Positions 8,779 through 18,166 of a stretch of DNA of 64,000 nucleotides are shown piece by piece (the stretch's first letter is position 1; each line of letters begins with the position of its first letter). The notes beneath the pieces are model-generated. The model saw nothing but the letters and a program-made list of their open reading frames with translations. It searched no databases and was not told the origin of the DNA. The stretch spans positions 1,088,001-1,152,000 of the forward strand of contig CAVRJY010000001.1 in NCBI GenBank assembly GCA_963721805.1, in the 5' to 3' direction. This DNA comes from Nitrospirota bacterium (lineage in GTDB: Bacteria; Nitrospirota; Thermodesulfovibrionia; Thermodesulfovibrionales; JdFR-86). The position numbers were made by a program, and so were the translations under genes.

Positions 8779-10179
8779 ATGAAAATAGAAAACAAGATCC
8801 TCCTTTCGAACACCCTGAGCCTGGTGCTCATCGCCGTGATCGGCCTGTTTGCGATCAGGGAGACGAACCTCGTGCTGACGAAGCTCCACTTCGTCGAGAT
8901 CGCGGACGACCTTAACGCCTCGTTTCTCGAGATGCGGCTCTCGGAGAAGAACTATTTCCTCTATAAAGAAGCCGTGGACCTCAGGGACATCCTCGACAAG
9001 CTCGACTCGACCTACGGCACTATAATGTCCGAGCGCGAGAGCATCGAGCTGGCGGTCGGCCGCGATACCATCGACGAGCTTGTCATGCGCCTCAGCGAAT
9101 ACCGCAACGTCGTGGACAAGGTGCTCAAGTCCCAGGGCGACATCAGCGGAGCGCAGGAGCTTGTGCGCGAGAAGGGCAAGGCCCTCAGGACGTTTTCCGA
9201 CGACATCACCAGGGCCGAGCGTGATAACGTAAACCGCCTCGTATATAACGCCGCAAAGCTGATGCTGTTCGGTACGATGGCGGTCATAGTGATCTCGTTC
9301 GTGATCCTCCGGGTCATATCCCGCAAGGTATCGCGCTCGCTCCGCACGGTCGAGACCCTGGCCGAGACGATCTCGCAGGGGGACTTTCACCTCAAGGGCC
9401 TTGACGCCCCGTCAAACGACGAGGTCGGCTCGGTCATCCGCGCGATCAACCAGATGTCCGAGCGGCTGGCCGAGCGCGAGGACGAACTCGTGCAGGCCAA
9501 GAAGCTCTCGTCGCTGGGCATCCTCACGGCGGGCGTGGCCCACGAGCTCACCAACCCGTTAAACAACATCTCGATGACCGCGCAGACATATCAGGAGCTT
9601 TACGCCAAGCTCAGCGAGGCCCAGCGCATATCGTTCATGGCTACGATAGAGTCCGAGACCGACCGCATAAGGGACATAGTGCGCAACCTCCTGGATTTCG
9701 CGAAGCCCAAGGAGCTCGCGCTCCAGCCGATTGACATCAACGAGGTGATACGCCACACGCTCCCGCTCGTGCGGAACATGCTGGAGATATCGAACCTGGA
9801 CCTGGACCTCGACCTCCGGCCCGGCCTTCCGCGCGTGGTGATCGATGAGGGCCAGATACGTCAGGTGCTCGTAAACCTTATAACGAACGCGGCGCAGGCC
9901 TCCTCGCCCCGGATGAGCATCTCGATCTCCTCGAGGCGCGCCGCCGCGGGCGGCGTGGAGGCGTCCGTCTCGGACACCGGCAAGGGCATCCCCCAGGAGC
10001 AGGTCCCGCACCTCTTCGACCCGTTCTTCACGACCAAGGGCGAGGGCGGCACCGGCCTCGGACTTTCGATCAGTTATGGCATAATCAAAAAGCACGGCGG
10101 CGAGATCAGGGTATCGAGCACCGTGGGCAAGGGGTCTACCTTTACGGTAGTCCTGCCCTCGACGCCTGCAGTTAAATGA
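8779..10179 (+). CDS. HAMP-domain sensor histidine kinase
   Basis: Two TM segments, HAMP (DEVGSV), H-box AHELTNPL, N box NLITNA, DTGKGI, FFTTK, GTGLGL. Confidence 0.93.
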   Translation: MKIENKILLSNTLSLVLIAVIGLFAIRETNLVLTKLHFVEIADDLNASFLEMRLSEKNYFLYKEAVDLRDILDKLDSTYGTIMSERESIELAVGRDTIDELVMRLSEYRNVVDKVLKSQGDISGAQELVREKGKALRTFSDDITRAERDNVNRLVYNAAKLMLFGTMAVIVISFVILRVISRKVSRSLRTVETLAETISQGDFHLKGLDAPSNDEVGSVIRAINQMSERLAEREDELVQAKKLSSLGILTAGVAHELTNPLNNISMTAQTYQELYAKLSEAQRISFMATIESETDRIRDIVRNLLDFAKPKELALQPIDINEVIRHTLPLVRNMLEISNLDLDLDLRPGLPRVVIDEGQIRQVLVNLITNAAQASSPRMSISISSRRAAAGGVEASVSDTGKGIPQEQVPHLFDPFFTTKGEGGTGLGLSISYGIIKKHGGEIRVSSTVGKGSTFTVVLPSTPAVK

Positions 10180-10190
10180 TGGAGGGAAAC

Positions 10191-10550
10191 ATGAACAGCG
10201 TAATGATCATCGACGACGAGAAGATTGTGGGCGACATGGCCAAGCTCTCGCTCGAACAGGAAGGCTACGAGGTCGAGACGTTCACGAACGCAGAGCCCGC
10301 GCTTAAGCGGCTCGGCGAGCGCGCCTTTGACATCGTGGTCACGGACTACAAGATGAAGGGCATCGACGGCATGGAGGTGCTGAGGACGATCAAGCGGCTC
10401 TACCCTGGGACCAAGGTCATAATGATCACGGCGTTTGCGAACCTCGACACCGCTATCGAGGCCCTGCGCGCCGACGTCTTCGATTTCTTCCCGAAGCCGG
10501 TCAAGATCAAGGAACTCAAGGAATCGATCAAAAAAGCGCTCGCGGCCTGA
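10191..10550 (+). CDS. Single-domain response regulator
   Basis: IIDDE, VVTDYKM, ITAF, KP; GGAGGG RBS before ATG 10191. Confidence 0.9.
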   Translation: MNSVMIIDDEKIVGDMAKLSLEQEGYEVETFTNAEPALKRLGERAFDIVVTDYKMKGIDGMEVLRTIKRLYPGTKVIMITAFANLDTAIEALRADVFDFFPKPVKIKELKESIKKALAA

Positions 10551-10556
10551 TCCGGC

Positions 10557-13088
10557 ATGGACCACGCCTCGCCGTTTCGCGATGCCGTCGGGAAGCTCAT
10601 GCGCAAGGTCATGCCCCGGCGCGGCCGCGACGTCTCGGCCGTGTTCGAGGAGTTCCGGCTGGTGCTCGCCGCAAACAGCGAATCGCTTGACGCCATCGCG
10701 GATATGACCGACAAGCTCGGCGGCGAGTACATCTTCGACGCGGTCTACGTGCTTAACGCGAGCGACGCGATAATCTCGAAGGTCGGCCGCTCGGTCGAGG
10801 CCTTCCGCGCACTCACCGAGGGCCGCTACGACCTGGACGGCCCGTTTGCCTCGATCTCCTCCGCCATCGGCCGCATAGCCCGCGAGACTCGCTACGAGGG
10901 CACGCCCTCATACGTGCTCTCTTATCCTGATATAAGCTGGGAGCACTCGCAGGACGTCGGCGGCAAGAACTACCACCTCGCGCGGATGTCCCAGGCTGCC
11001 GGGCTCCACGTACCCGAGGCCTTCGCTATCACGGTCTCCGCGTTCGACCGGTTCATCAGCCATAACCACCTTGAAAATGCCATGGCCTCATGCGCCGGCG
11101 CAGAGGCATGCGCCATAGACGAGCTCAGGCGCGCGATAGCGGACGCCGAGGTCCCGCCCGAGGTCGCGGCGGAGATAACCTCCGCTCTGGCGCGTATGAG
11201 AGCGACCTGCCCCGAACCGTGCTTCCTCGCCGTCCGCAGCAGCGCCGAGGAGGAGGACGGGGAGTTCAGCTTCGCCGGACAGTTCGATACCGCCCTTAAC
11301 GTCCCGGCCGAGCCCGGCCCTGTGATGGACGCTTACAAGCGTGTGCTCGCGAGCCTGTATTCCGAGCGCTCGGTGGCATATCTGCGCGGGCTCGGGTATC
11401 CGCTAGGCTCGCTTCGGATGGCAGTGGCGTGCGTGCGTATGGTAGATGCGCGCTCAAGCGGCGTGGTCTATACCGCGCAGGCCGCGGGCAGGCAGGACCA
11501 GATCGTGGTAAACGCGGTCTGGGGGCTCGGAAACCGCCTCGTGGAGGGTGGGGCAGAGGCCGACCTCTACGTGTTCGAACGCGGGCCGCTCCGCCTTGGC
11601 GAGAGCCGCATAGCGGACAAGCCTATCAGCGTCTCCGCATCCTCTCAGGGCGGCGTCGCGGACGTCGATACCCCGGCCGGGATCAGAAATGCGCCTTGTC
11701 TCACGGACGCAGAGGCGATGGCGCTCGCGCAGGCGAGCCTCGATATCGAGCGCATGTTCCACGGCCCGCAGGACATCGAGTGGGCTATGGGCCAAGACGG
11801 CATGCTTTACATGCTGCAGGCCCGGCCGCTCAAGGTCGAGGAGCGCGCCAACGGAGGCGGGGCGCGGGCGGCCACGGGCGAGGCGCTGCTGCGCGATACC
11901 GGCTCGGTCGTACAGCCGGGCGTCGCGGCCGGGCGCGTCGTCATTCTTACGAACCCCAAGGACCTCGAGCGCGTCGCTCGCGGGAGCATCCTCGTTGCGA
12001 AGGCGGATTCGCCGCAGTTCATCGTAGCGATGCACCGCCTCGCTGCGATCATCACCGACAGCGGCTCGCCGACCGGGCATATGGCCTCGCTCTGCCGCGA
12101 GCTCCGCGTCCCCGCGGTGGTCAACACGCGCGCTGCCACGCACCTGCTTAGGGACGGGGCCGAGGTGACCCTGCACGCTGACACCGAGGGGCATTACGCT
12201 ATTTTCGAGGGCATAGACGAGGCGCTGCTGCGCAGCGCCGGGGGCTCGCGCGCCGAGGTCGAGCGCCTGTACGAATACCGCAGGAAGCGCTCGATCATGC
12301 GCTTCGTGACGCCGCTGAACCTCGTTAACCCTCTAGTGGACGACTTCCGGCCCGAGAGGTGCGAGACCCTGCACGACCTCCTCAGGTTCATCCACGAAAA
12401 AGCCGTGCAGGAGCTGATCGCGGTCTCCTCCCAGGCCGACCGGTCCAACAAGCCCCGCGACCTGAGCCTCCCCGTGCCGATGCGCATGAAGGTCATCGAC
12501 ATAGGCGGGGGCATAGCCCCGTCGTCCCCGGCGCATACCATGGAGGTGGGCGAGATCGTATCGGAGCCGCTTCGGGCCATAGTCGCCGGGATGGTGCGCG
12601 AGGGCGTATGGAAGCTCGGCCCGGCGGCCATGGGCGTGGGGGACTTCATGACGAGCATGATGCGCACCGACGACATTACCCAGCGCGGCGAGGACTACCT
12701 CGTAAACAACGTCGCGGTCGTCTCGGGCGAGTACATGAACCTGAGCCTCAGGCTCGGGTACCACTTCAACCTCATCGACTGCTACGCGAGCGGGCACGCG
12801 GCCCACAACCACATCTACTTCAGGTTCTTCGGCGGCGCGACGGACATGACGAAACGCTCGCGGCGCGTCAGGATGATCGAGACGATACTCAACGAGATAG
12901 GCTTCATATCGGACGTCAAGGGAGACCTGATCGTGGCCCGCATCTCGGGGCTCGAGAAGCCGGAGGTCCTGCGCATCATCGAGAGGCTGGGGTGCCTGGT
13001 GGCGTTCACCAAGCAGCTAGATACAGAGCTCGTAAGCGACGAGTCAGCCGCGGCCCATGCAAGGGAATTTTTGGAGCAGTATCCTTAA
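10557..13088 (+). CDS. PEP synthase/pyruvate-water dikinase-like protein (nucleotide-binding plus phospho-His domain, atypical termini)
   Basis: VGGK, AVRSSA, SFAGQF, PQDIEWA, LQARPL, phospho-His motif GSPTGHMASLCRELRVPAVV. Confidence 0.85.
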   Translation: MDHASPFRDAVGKLMRKVMPRRGRDVSAVFEEFRLVLAANSESLDAIADMTDKLGGEYIFDAVYVLNASDAIISKVGRSVEAFRALTEGRYDLDGPFASISSAIGRIARETRYEGTPSYVLSYPDISWEHSQDVGGKNYHLARMSQAAGLHVPEAFAITVSAFDRFISHNHLENAMASCAGAEACAIDELRRAIADAEVPPEVAAEITSALARMRATCPEPCFLAVRSSAEEEDGEFSFAGQFDTALNVPAEPGPVMDAYKRVLASLYSERSVAYLRGLGYPLGSLRMAVACVRMVDARSSGVVYTAQAAGRQDQIVVNAVWGLGNRLVEGGAEADLYVFERGPLRLGESRIADKPISVSASSQGGVADVDTPAGIRNAPCLTDAEAMALAQASLDIERMFHGPQDIEWAMGQDGMLYMLQARPLKVEERANGGGARAATGEALLRDTGSVVQPGVAAGRVVILTNPKDLERVARGSILVAKADSPQFIVAMHRLAAIITDSGSPTGHMASLCRELRVPAVVNTRAATHLLRDGAEVTLHADTEGHYAIFEGIDEALLRSAGGSRAEVERLYEYRRKRSIMRFVTPLNLVNPLVDDFRPERCETLHDLLRFIHEKAVQELIAVSSQADRSNKPRDLSLPVPMRMKVIDIGGGIAPSSPAHTMEVGEIVSEPLRAIVAGMVREGVWKLGPAAMGVGDFMTSMMRTDDITQRGEDYLVNNVAVVSGEYMNLSLRLGYHFNLIDCYASGHAAHNHIYFRFFGGATDMTKRSRRVRMIETILNEIGFISDVKGDLIVARISGLEKPEVLRIIERLGCLVAFTKQLDTELVSDESAAAHAREFLEQYP

Positions 13089-13134
13089 AGCGAGGGCATC
13101 GCATCCCTTTGAATAACAGCCGCGGCCGGTGACT

Positions 13135-13656
13135 CTATTCGTCGCCCAGGTTAGCCTCGCCGCCATTGTCGGAGGCTTCACCGGTTTTATCCTTCCGAGC
13201 GCGTTTCTTCTGCTCAAGCTCCTCGCGCCACTGCTCTATGGTGCTGTCGTGGAGCGCCAGCGCCTCTTTCGCCCTGTCCGGCATGACCTTTGAGCAATAG
13301 GCCATAACCTTCGCGGCGAGCTCATCGGGCTCGAAGGGCTTGACGATATACCCGCATATGCCGAGCCTTACGAAGGACATGACGTCGTCGCCTTTCGAGA
13401 GCGAGGTGACCATCACTACCTGCGTGGCCTTGTCGTTGCATACCTTGCGGATCTCCTTCAGCACGCTGTAGCCGGTCATCACCGGCATCACGCTGTCGAG
13501 CAATATCAGCTCGGGGTGGGATTTCTTGTATGACTTGAGCGCGTCCTCGCCGTTTTCGACCATCTCGATATCAAACGCGTGGCCGCTCAGGGACTGCTCG
13601 TACAGGTCCCTTACCAGTGCGTCGTCCTCGGCGATAAGCAGTTTCAGTTTTTCCAT
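13135..13656 (-). CDS. Response regulator receiver protein
   Basis: IAEDD, LLDSVMP, VTS, YIVKPF. Confidence 0.88.
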   Translation of the reverse strand: MEKLKLLIAEDDALVRDLYEQSLSGHAFDIEMVENGEDALKSYKKSHPELILLDSVMPVMTGYSVLKEIRKVCNDKATQVVMVTSLSKGDDVMSFVRLGICGYIVKPFEPDELAAKVMAYCSKVMPDRAKEALALHDSTIEQWREELEQKKRARKDKTGEASDNGGEANLGDE

Positions 13657-13731
13657 TGTGGCGCGCTCCTCGTTAAGATCATATCATGTATGACAGGTCC
13701 GTTTCCGGGCATGGCCGGTATCTGCCGGGCC

Positions 13732-15363
13732 CTACAGGCCACCGCTTAAAACCACCGCGTTTCTGCCTCCGTGTTTTGCGGCGTAGAGCGCCTTGTCGCT
13801 CTCGGCCATCAGGGTGAGGACGTCATCGAACTGCGGAAACGATGCGATGCCGCAGCTGAAGGTGCACGAAAATTGAGTCTGTCCGGCGGTGTGGACGATC
13901 TGGCCGAAGCTCTTGCGGATGTCGTCGATCACCCTCAGGGCGTCCGCGCCTTTCGTCTCTCCGAGCACTACCGCGAACTCCTCGCCCCCGTAGCGGCCAA
14001 CGACATCGGTGCGCCTGAGCCTTTGCTTAAGGAGCTTCGAGATGCTGACGATCACCTTGTCGCCGACGGGGTGCCCGTAAGTGTCGTTGACCGACTTGAA
14101 CTTGTCGATGTCGATCATCGCGAACGAGACCTCGCCGCCGCTGCGCCGCGCCCTGTCGAGGGCGATGTCGAGCTGTTCCTTGGTCTTCGTGTGGTTTAAG
14201 AGCCCGGTCAGGCTGTCGCAGTCCATCGTGGAGCGGATGTTCCTCATGCGCTCGGCCCTTGCCGTAACGGCCGAGACGAGGTGCTCGGGCTCGATGGGCT
14301 TAGTCAGAAAGTCGTCCCCGCCGGTTTGCATCGCATTTAGCTGGCGCTTCAGGTCGGTTTCGGCCGAGAGAAATACGATGGGGATGCTCAGGTATTGGTT
14401 GTCCTGCCGGATCACCTGAGCGAGCTCGTGCCCCGTGCAGCCGGGCATATACATGTCCATGAGGATGATATCGGGGGCGAAGTCCCCTATGCGCTTAAAG
14501 ACATTCGCGGGGTCGTTTATGACCTCGACTGTCATCGCGGCCTGCCTGAGGACCGCGGCATGGTATTCTGAAAGCTCGACCTCGTCGTCCACGATAAGCA
14601 CGCGGTAAAGCTCTCTTACCTCGGACTGGGTCAGCATGTCGATCTTATCAACGACGGAGAAGACGTTTATGGGCTTCAGGAAATACGCGTCGGCCCCCGC
14701 GCGCACCGCCTTCAGGCGGGACTCGAACTCGTCCATCGCCGAGATGAATATTATCGGTATCTCGTGCTTCGCGCGTATCACGACGGCCGTCTGCGCCCCC
14801 CCGAATATCCCCTCAGGAAACATCATGTCAATGACTATCACCGACGGCGGGGCCTCGTCTACCGCATCCCTCAGGGCCTTGAGCGCCGAGAACCCGCGCA
14901 CCTCATACCCATACTGCGATATCTGGACCGAGAGGCTGTTGAGCAGCTCTGTATCATCCTCCGCGATATAGACGGTCCGGGCGTTCGTGCTATCCACGGA
15001 TTTTATTTGCGTAGGCGAGGCTGAGGGAGAGACGGCAGCCGTCTCAGGCTTGGCGCACACCGGTGGAGTTTCCTGAGCTGGCTCGTCAGGGAATATGACG
15101 GCCTTGAGGGCCGCCGGTATCTCGCCACGGTCGTTGTCCCCGCTCTCGATGCCTTTGAGCACGCGCTCGAGGGCCCTGGCGCGGAGGCCCAGCTCCTTAA
15201 GCCCGAACGTGGCCGATGAGCCCGCGATAGTGTGCGCGGCCCTTATGGCATCGGCAAGGGATTGCGCATCGCCCGCGCTCAGGCAGAGCGATTCAAGCTC
15301 CCGAAGCCGCTCGGGCAGGCTGTCCGTATAGCGTTTTTTCAGCGCCTCAAGCGGGCTGGCCAT
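13732..15363 (-). CDS. Hpt-REC-REC-GGDEF diguanylate cyclase
   Basis: AHTIAGSS Hpt, two receiver domains, RRTD I-site five residues before GGEEF. Confidence 0.92.
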   Translation of the reverse strand: MASPLEALKKRYTDSLPERLRELESLCLSAGDAQSLADAIRAAHTIAGSSATFGLKELGLRARALERVLKGIESGDNDRGEIPAALKAVIFPDEPAQETPPVCAKPETAAVSPSASPTQIKSVDSTNARTVYIAEDDTELLNSLSVQISQYGYEVRGFSALKALRDAVDEAPPSVIVIDMMFPEGIFGGAQTAVVIRAKHEIPIIFISAMDEFESRLKAVRAGADAYFLKPINVFSVVDKIDMLTQSEVRELYRVLIVDDEVELSEYHAAVLRQAAMTVEVINDPANVFKRIGDFAPDIILMDMYMPGCTGHELAQVIRQDNQYLSIPIVFLSAETDLKRQLNAMQTGGDDFLTKPIEPEHLVSAVTARAERMRNIRSTMDCDSLTGLLNHTKTKEQLDIALDRARRSGGEVSFAMIDIDKFKSVNDTYGHPVGDKVIVSISKLLKQRLRRTDVVGRYGGEEFAVVLGETKGADALRVIDDIRKSFGQIVHTAGQTQFSCTFSCGIASFPQFDDVLTLMAESDKALYAAKHGGRNAVVLSGGL

Positions 15364-15401
15364 GATCCCCTTTCACGGAGTACGGAATATCTGGCAGAGT
15401 G

Positions 15402-15857
15402 CTATGCACGGTCTCTCTCCATGGCCGCCTTCAGGTCTTGCAGTTCCTCTTCGAGCTGGATGTTCCGAAGCTTCATACTGTGGTGCTCGAGCACCCGCCC
15501 GGCCCAGAATATGACCGTGTCCTGGATGTTCTCGTCCTTTACGAGGTAATCGTCCGCGCCGCTTCGGATCGCCTCCATGGCCGAGGATACCTCGCTGTTG
15601 CCAGTTAGCATGATGACCGGGGTGTCGATGCCGTCGGCGCGTAGCTTCCTTACCAGCTCGATGCCGCCCATGCCCGGCATGTTCATGTCCGTGACGATCA
15701 GCCCAAACGCCGCGCCCCCGGAGACCTTCCTGTATGCGTCCTCGCCGGTTGCGGCCATCTCGGTGGCGAAGCCCGCGCCTTCCAGTATCATCGCGAGCAT
15801 CTCGCAGACAAACGGGTCGTCGTCGACGATCAGCGTCCTCGTGCCCTGCTCGATCAT
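15402..15857 (-). CDS. Response regulator receiver protein with C-terminal coiled coil
   Basis: IVDDD, VTDMNMP, LTG, DYLVK. Confidence 0.88.
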   Translation of the reverse strand: MIEQGTRTLIVDDDPFVCEMLAMILEGAGFATEMAATGEDAYRKVSGGAAFGLIVTDMNMPGMGGIELVRKLRADGIDTPVIMLTGNSEVSSAMEAIRSGADDYLVKDENIQDTVIFWAGRVLEHHSMKLRNIQLEEELQDLKAAMERDRA

Positions 15858-15876
15858 CTAGGTCTTTCCCCTCTCC

Positions 15877-18165
15877 TCATCCGGCCAGGTTGCGTATCGT
15901 GTCTATGAGGTTGCCCTTGTCAAAAGCCCCCTTTACGATGTACGCGTCCGCCCCGACGGCTATGCCCCTGCGCTTGTCCTCTTCCTTCTCGCGCGAGGTC
16001 ACTATAATGATCGGAGTCGCCTTATACGCATCGTCGTCGCGGAGCTTCTTCGTGAGCGAGAAGCCGTCCATGCGCGGCATGTCGACGTCCGTCACGACCA
16101 GGTCGAACTTCGTCCCCGCCGCTTTCTCTATAGCGTCGAGGCCGTCCTCGGCCACCGTGACGTGATAGCCGTATGCCTCAAGGATGCTTTTTTCGATCTC
16201 GCGCGTGTTGATCGAGTCGTCGACCACGAGGATGCGGATGGGCTTGATCCCGACCCCCTCGCCGGGGGCGGCCTGCTCAGTGCGCGCGTCCCTGAGATGC
16301 TTCGATGCCTCTATCAGTGCGGGCACGTGCAGGACGTTTATGATCTCGTTGTTCGCGGCTATGATGACGCCCGAGACCTTCATGATGGCGTTGAGGTGCC
16401 GGGGCAGCGGCTTTATCACGACGTCTTTCTCGTCTACGAGGCTGTCGGCTATAAGCCCGAGCCTCTCGCCGCCCGTGCTCACTATGACCGCTATCGCGTT
16501 GCCGTCCCCCCTGCCGCGCGCGGGCATATCCAGCAGGGACTCTATATGCGTTACCGGGATGAGCTCGCTCCGCACGCGGATGGCTTTTTTGTTGACCACG
16601 TCGATCAGCGAGCCGTCGGTTACGTCCCTGATCTCCTCGATGTAGTGCGTCGGAATCGCGATGGTCGACCCGCCGATGCCGAGCATCAGTATGCGCACGA
16701 CCGCGAGGCTCAGCGGCAGCCGCATCGTCACCGCGATGCCCTTGCCCTCGTCGGAGCTGAGCGTGATCGAGCCCTTGAGGTCTTCGACTATGTTTTTCTT
16801 CACGACGTCCATGCCGACGCCCCGGCCCGAGACGTCGGTGATGATCTCGTTCGTGCTGAACCCTGGCGTGAAGATCAGGTTCGTGATCTCGGCCTCAGAC
16901 ATCGAGGCCAGCTGGGCCTCGCTGAACATCCGGCGCTTGACGGCCTTCTCCCTGATCCTCTGGAGGTTGAGCCCGCGGCCGTCGTCTGTCAGGCGTATGA
17001 CCGCATGGCCGCCCTCGCAGACGGCCGTGAGCACGAGCCGCCCGGCTCGCGGCTTGCCGGCGGCGGCCCGCTCCTGCGGGGACTCGATGCCGTGGTCAAT
17101 GGAGTTTCGTATCATATGCACGAGAGGGTCCGCGATCTTCTCGACGATCTTTTTGTCCAGCTCGATCTCGCTGCCCTCGATGAAGAGGTCGACCTCCTTG
17201 CCCAGGGCGCGCGCGAGGTCGCGCGGTATCCTGTGCAGGGCGTCGAAGACCAGCGAGAGCGGGACCATGCGCAGCATCAGGGCGCGCTCCTGAAGCTCGT
17301 TATTTAATAACTCGCTCGTGTTGACGTCGTCTTTGAACCCCAGGGTCACGGCAGCGGCCTTTTGATGCATGGCGGCAGAGGCTTTGTGCAGCTCCGAGGC
17401 TGCCGACTGAAGATCCCGCCTCGCGGGGGATTCCGGGATCTCCGCAAGTTGCGCGATGAGCCCGTCCAGGGCGCCGGTCATGCGCTTGCTAATGCGCCTG
17501 ATCTCGTGGAGTTCCTGCATGCGGTACTTCAGGCGACCCTCATTGGAGATGATCTCGCCCATAAGCTTTATGAGTTCGTCCAGCTTATCGGTGCTTACGC
17601 GGATCGTATCCGCAGGACGCGCCTTGTGCTCGGCCATCTGAGCCTGCGGTTGCACGGGCGCTGCCGCGGCGGGCCCGGCCGGAGGCGCAGGCGCTTTCGC
17701 TGCCGGTTCGGCGGATGCCGGAGCTGGCTCGGAAGCCTGAGCAATTGCATCGGATGGCGCGGGTGCGGGGGCTGACGGGCCGCCCTCGGATGCGGCCTTC
17801 AGTTCGTCGCAAAGCGCGGCGTTATCCGTCTCGATGGCGGAGCCGGACGCGATATTTTCGACCATTGCCGAGACCGCGTCCACCCCCCTGAAGAGGACGT
17901 CTCCGAGCTCGCGCGTGAAGGGGAGGGTGTTTTCCCTGACCGCGCCGAGCACGTCTTCCATCCGGTGGGCGACCTCGGCTATCTGGGTGAACTTCATCAT
18001 CCGCGACGAGCCCTTGATCGTGTGGGCCGCGCGGAATACCGAGTTTATCGTCTCGCCGTCGGCCGGGTTTTTCTCGATCAGGACGATGCCCTCGTTGATC
18101 TTCTGTATCAGGTCGCGCGCCTCCTCGACGAACCGCGCGATGAACTTTGTCATGTCAAGCGCCAT
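15877..18165 (-). CDS. cheA: CheA-REC hybrid histidine kinase
   Basis: AHTIKGSS Hpt, NSIDHGIE, DDGRG, SGRGVGMDVV, CheW-like domain, C-terminal receiver. Confidence 0.95.
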   Translation of the reverse strand: MALDMTKFIARFVEEARDLIQKINEGIVLIEKNPADGETINSVFRAAHTIKGSSRMMKFTQIAEVAHRMEDVLGAVRENTLPFTRELGDVLFRGVDAVSAMVENIASGSAIETDNAALCDELKAASEGGPSAPAPAPSDAIAQASEPAPASAEPAAKAPAPPAGPAAAAPVQPQAQMAEHKARPADTIRVSTDKLDELIKLMGEIISNEGRLKYRMQELHEIRRISKRMTGALDGLIAQLAEIPESPARRDLQSAASELHKASAAMHQKAAAVTLGFKDDVNTSELLNNELQERALMLRMVPLSLVFDALHRIPRDLARALGKEVDLFIEGSEIELDKKIVEKIADPLVHMIRNSIDHGIESPQERAAAGKPRAGRLVLTAVCEGGHAVIRLTDDGRGLNLQRIREKAVKRRMFSEAQLASMSEAEITNLIFTPGFSTNEIITDVSGRGVGMDVVKKNIVEDLKGSITLSSDEGKGIAVTMRLPLSLAVVRILMLGIGGSTIAIPTHYIEEIRDVTDGSLIDVVNKKAIRVRSELIPVTHIESLLDMPARGRGDGNAIAVIVSTGGERLGLIADSLVDEKDVVIKPLPRHLNAIMKVSGVIIAANNEIINVLHVPALIEASKHLRDARTEQAAPGEGVGIKPIRILVVDDSINTREIEKSILEAYGYHVTVAEDGLDAIEKAAGTKFDLVVTDVDMPRMDGFSLTKKLRDDDAYKATPIIIVTSREKEEDKRRGIAVGADAYIVKGAFDKGNLIDTIRNLAG

Positions 18166-18166
18166 A

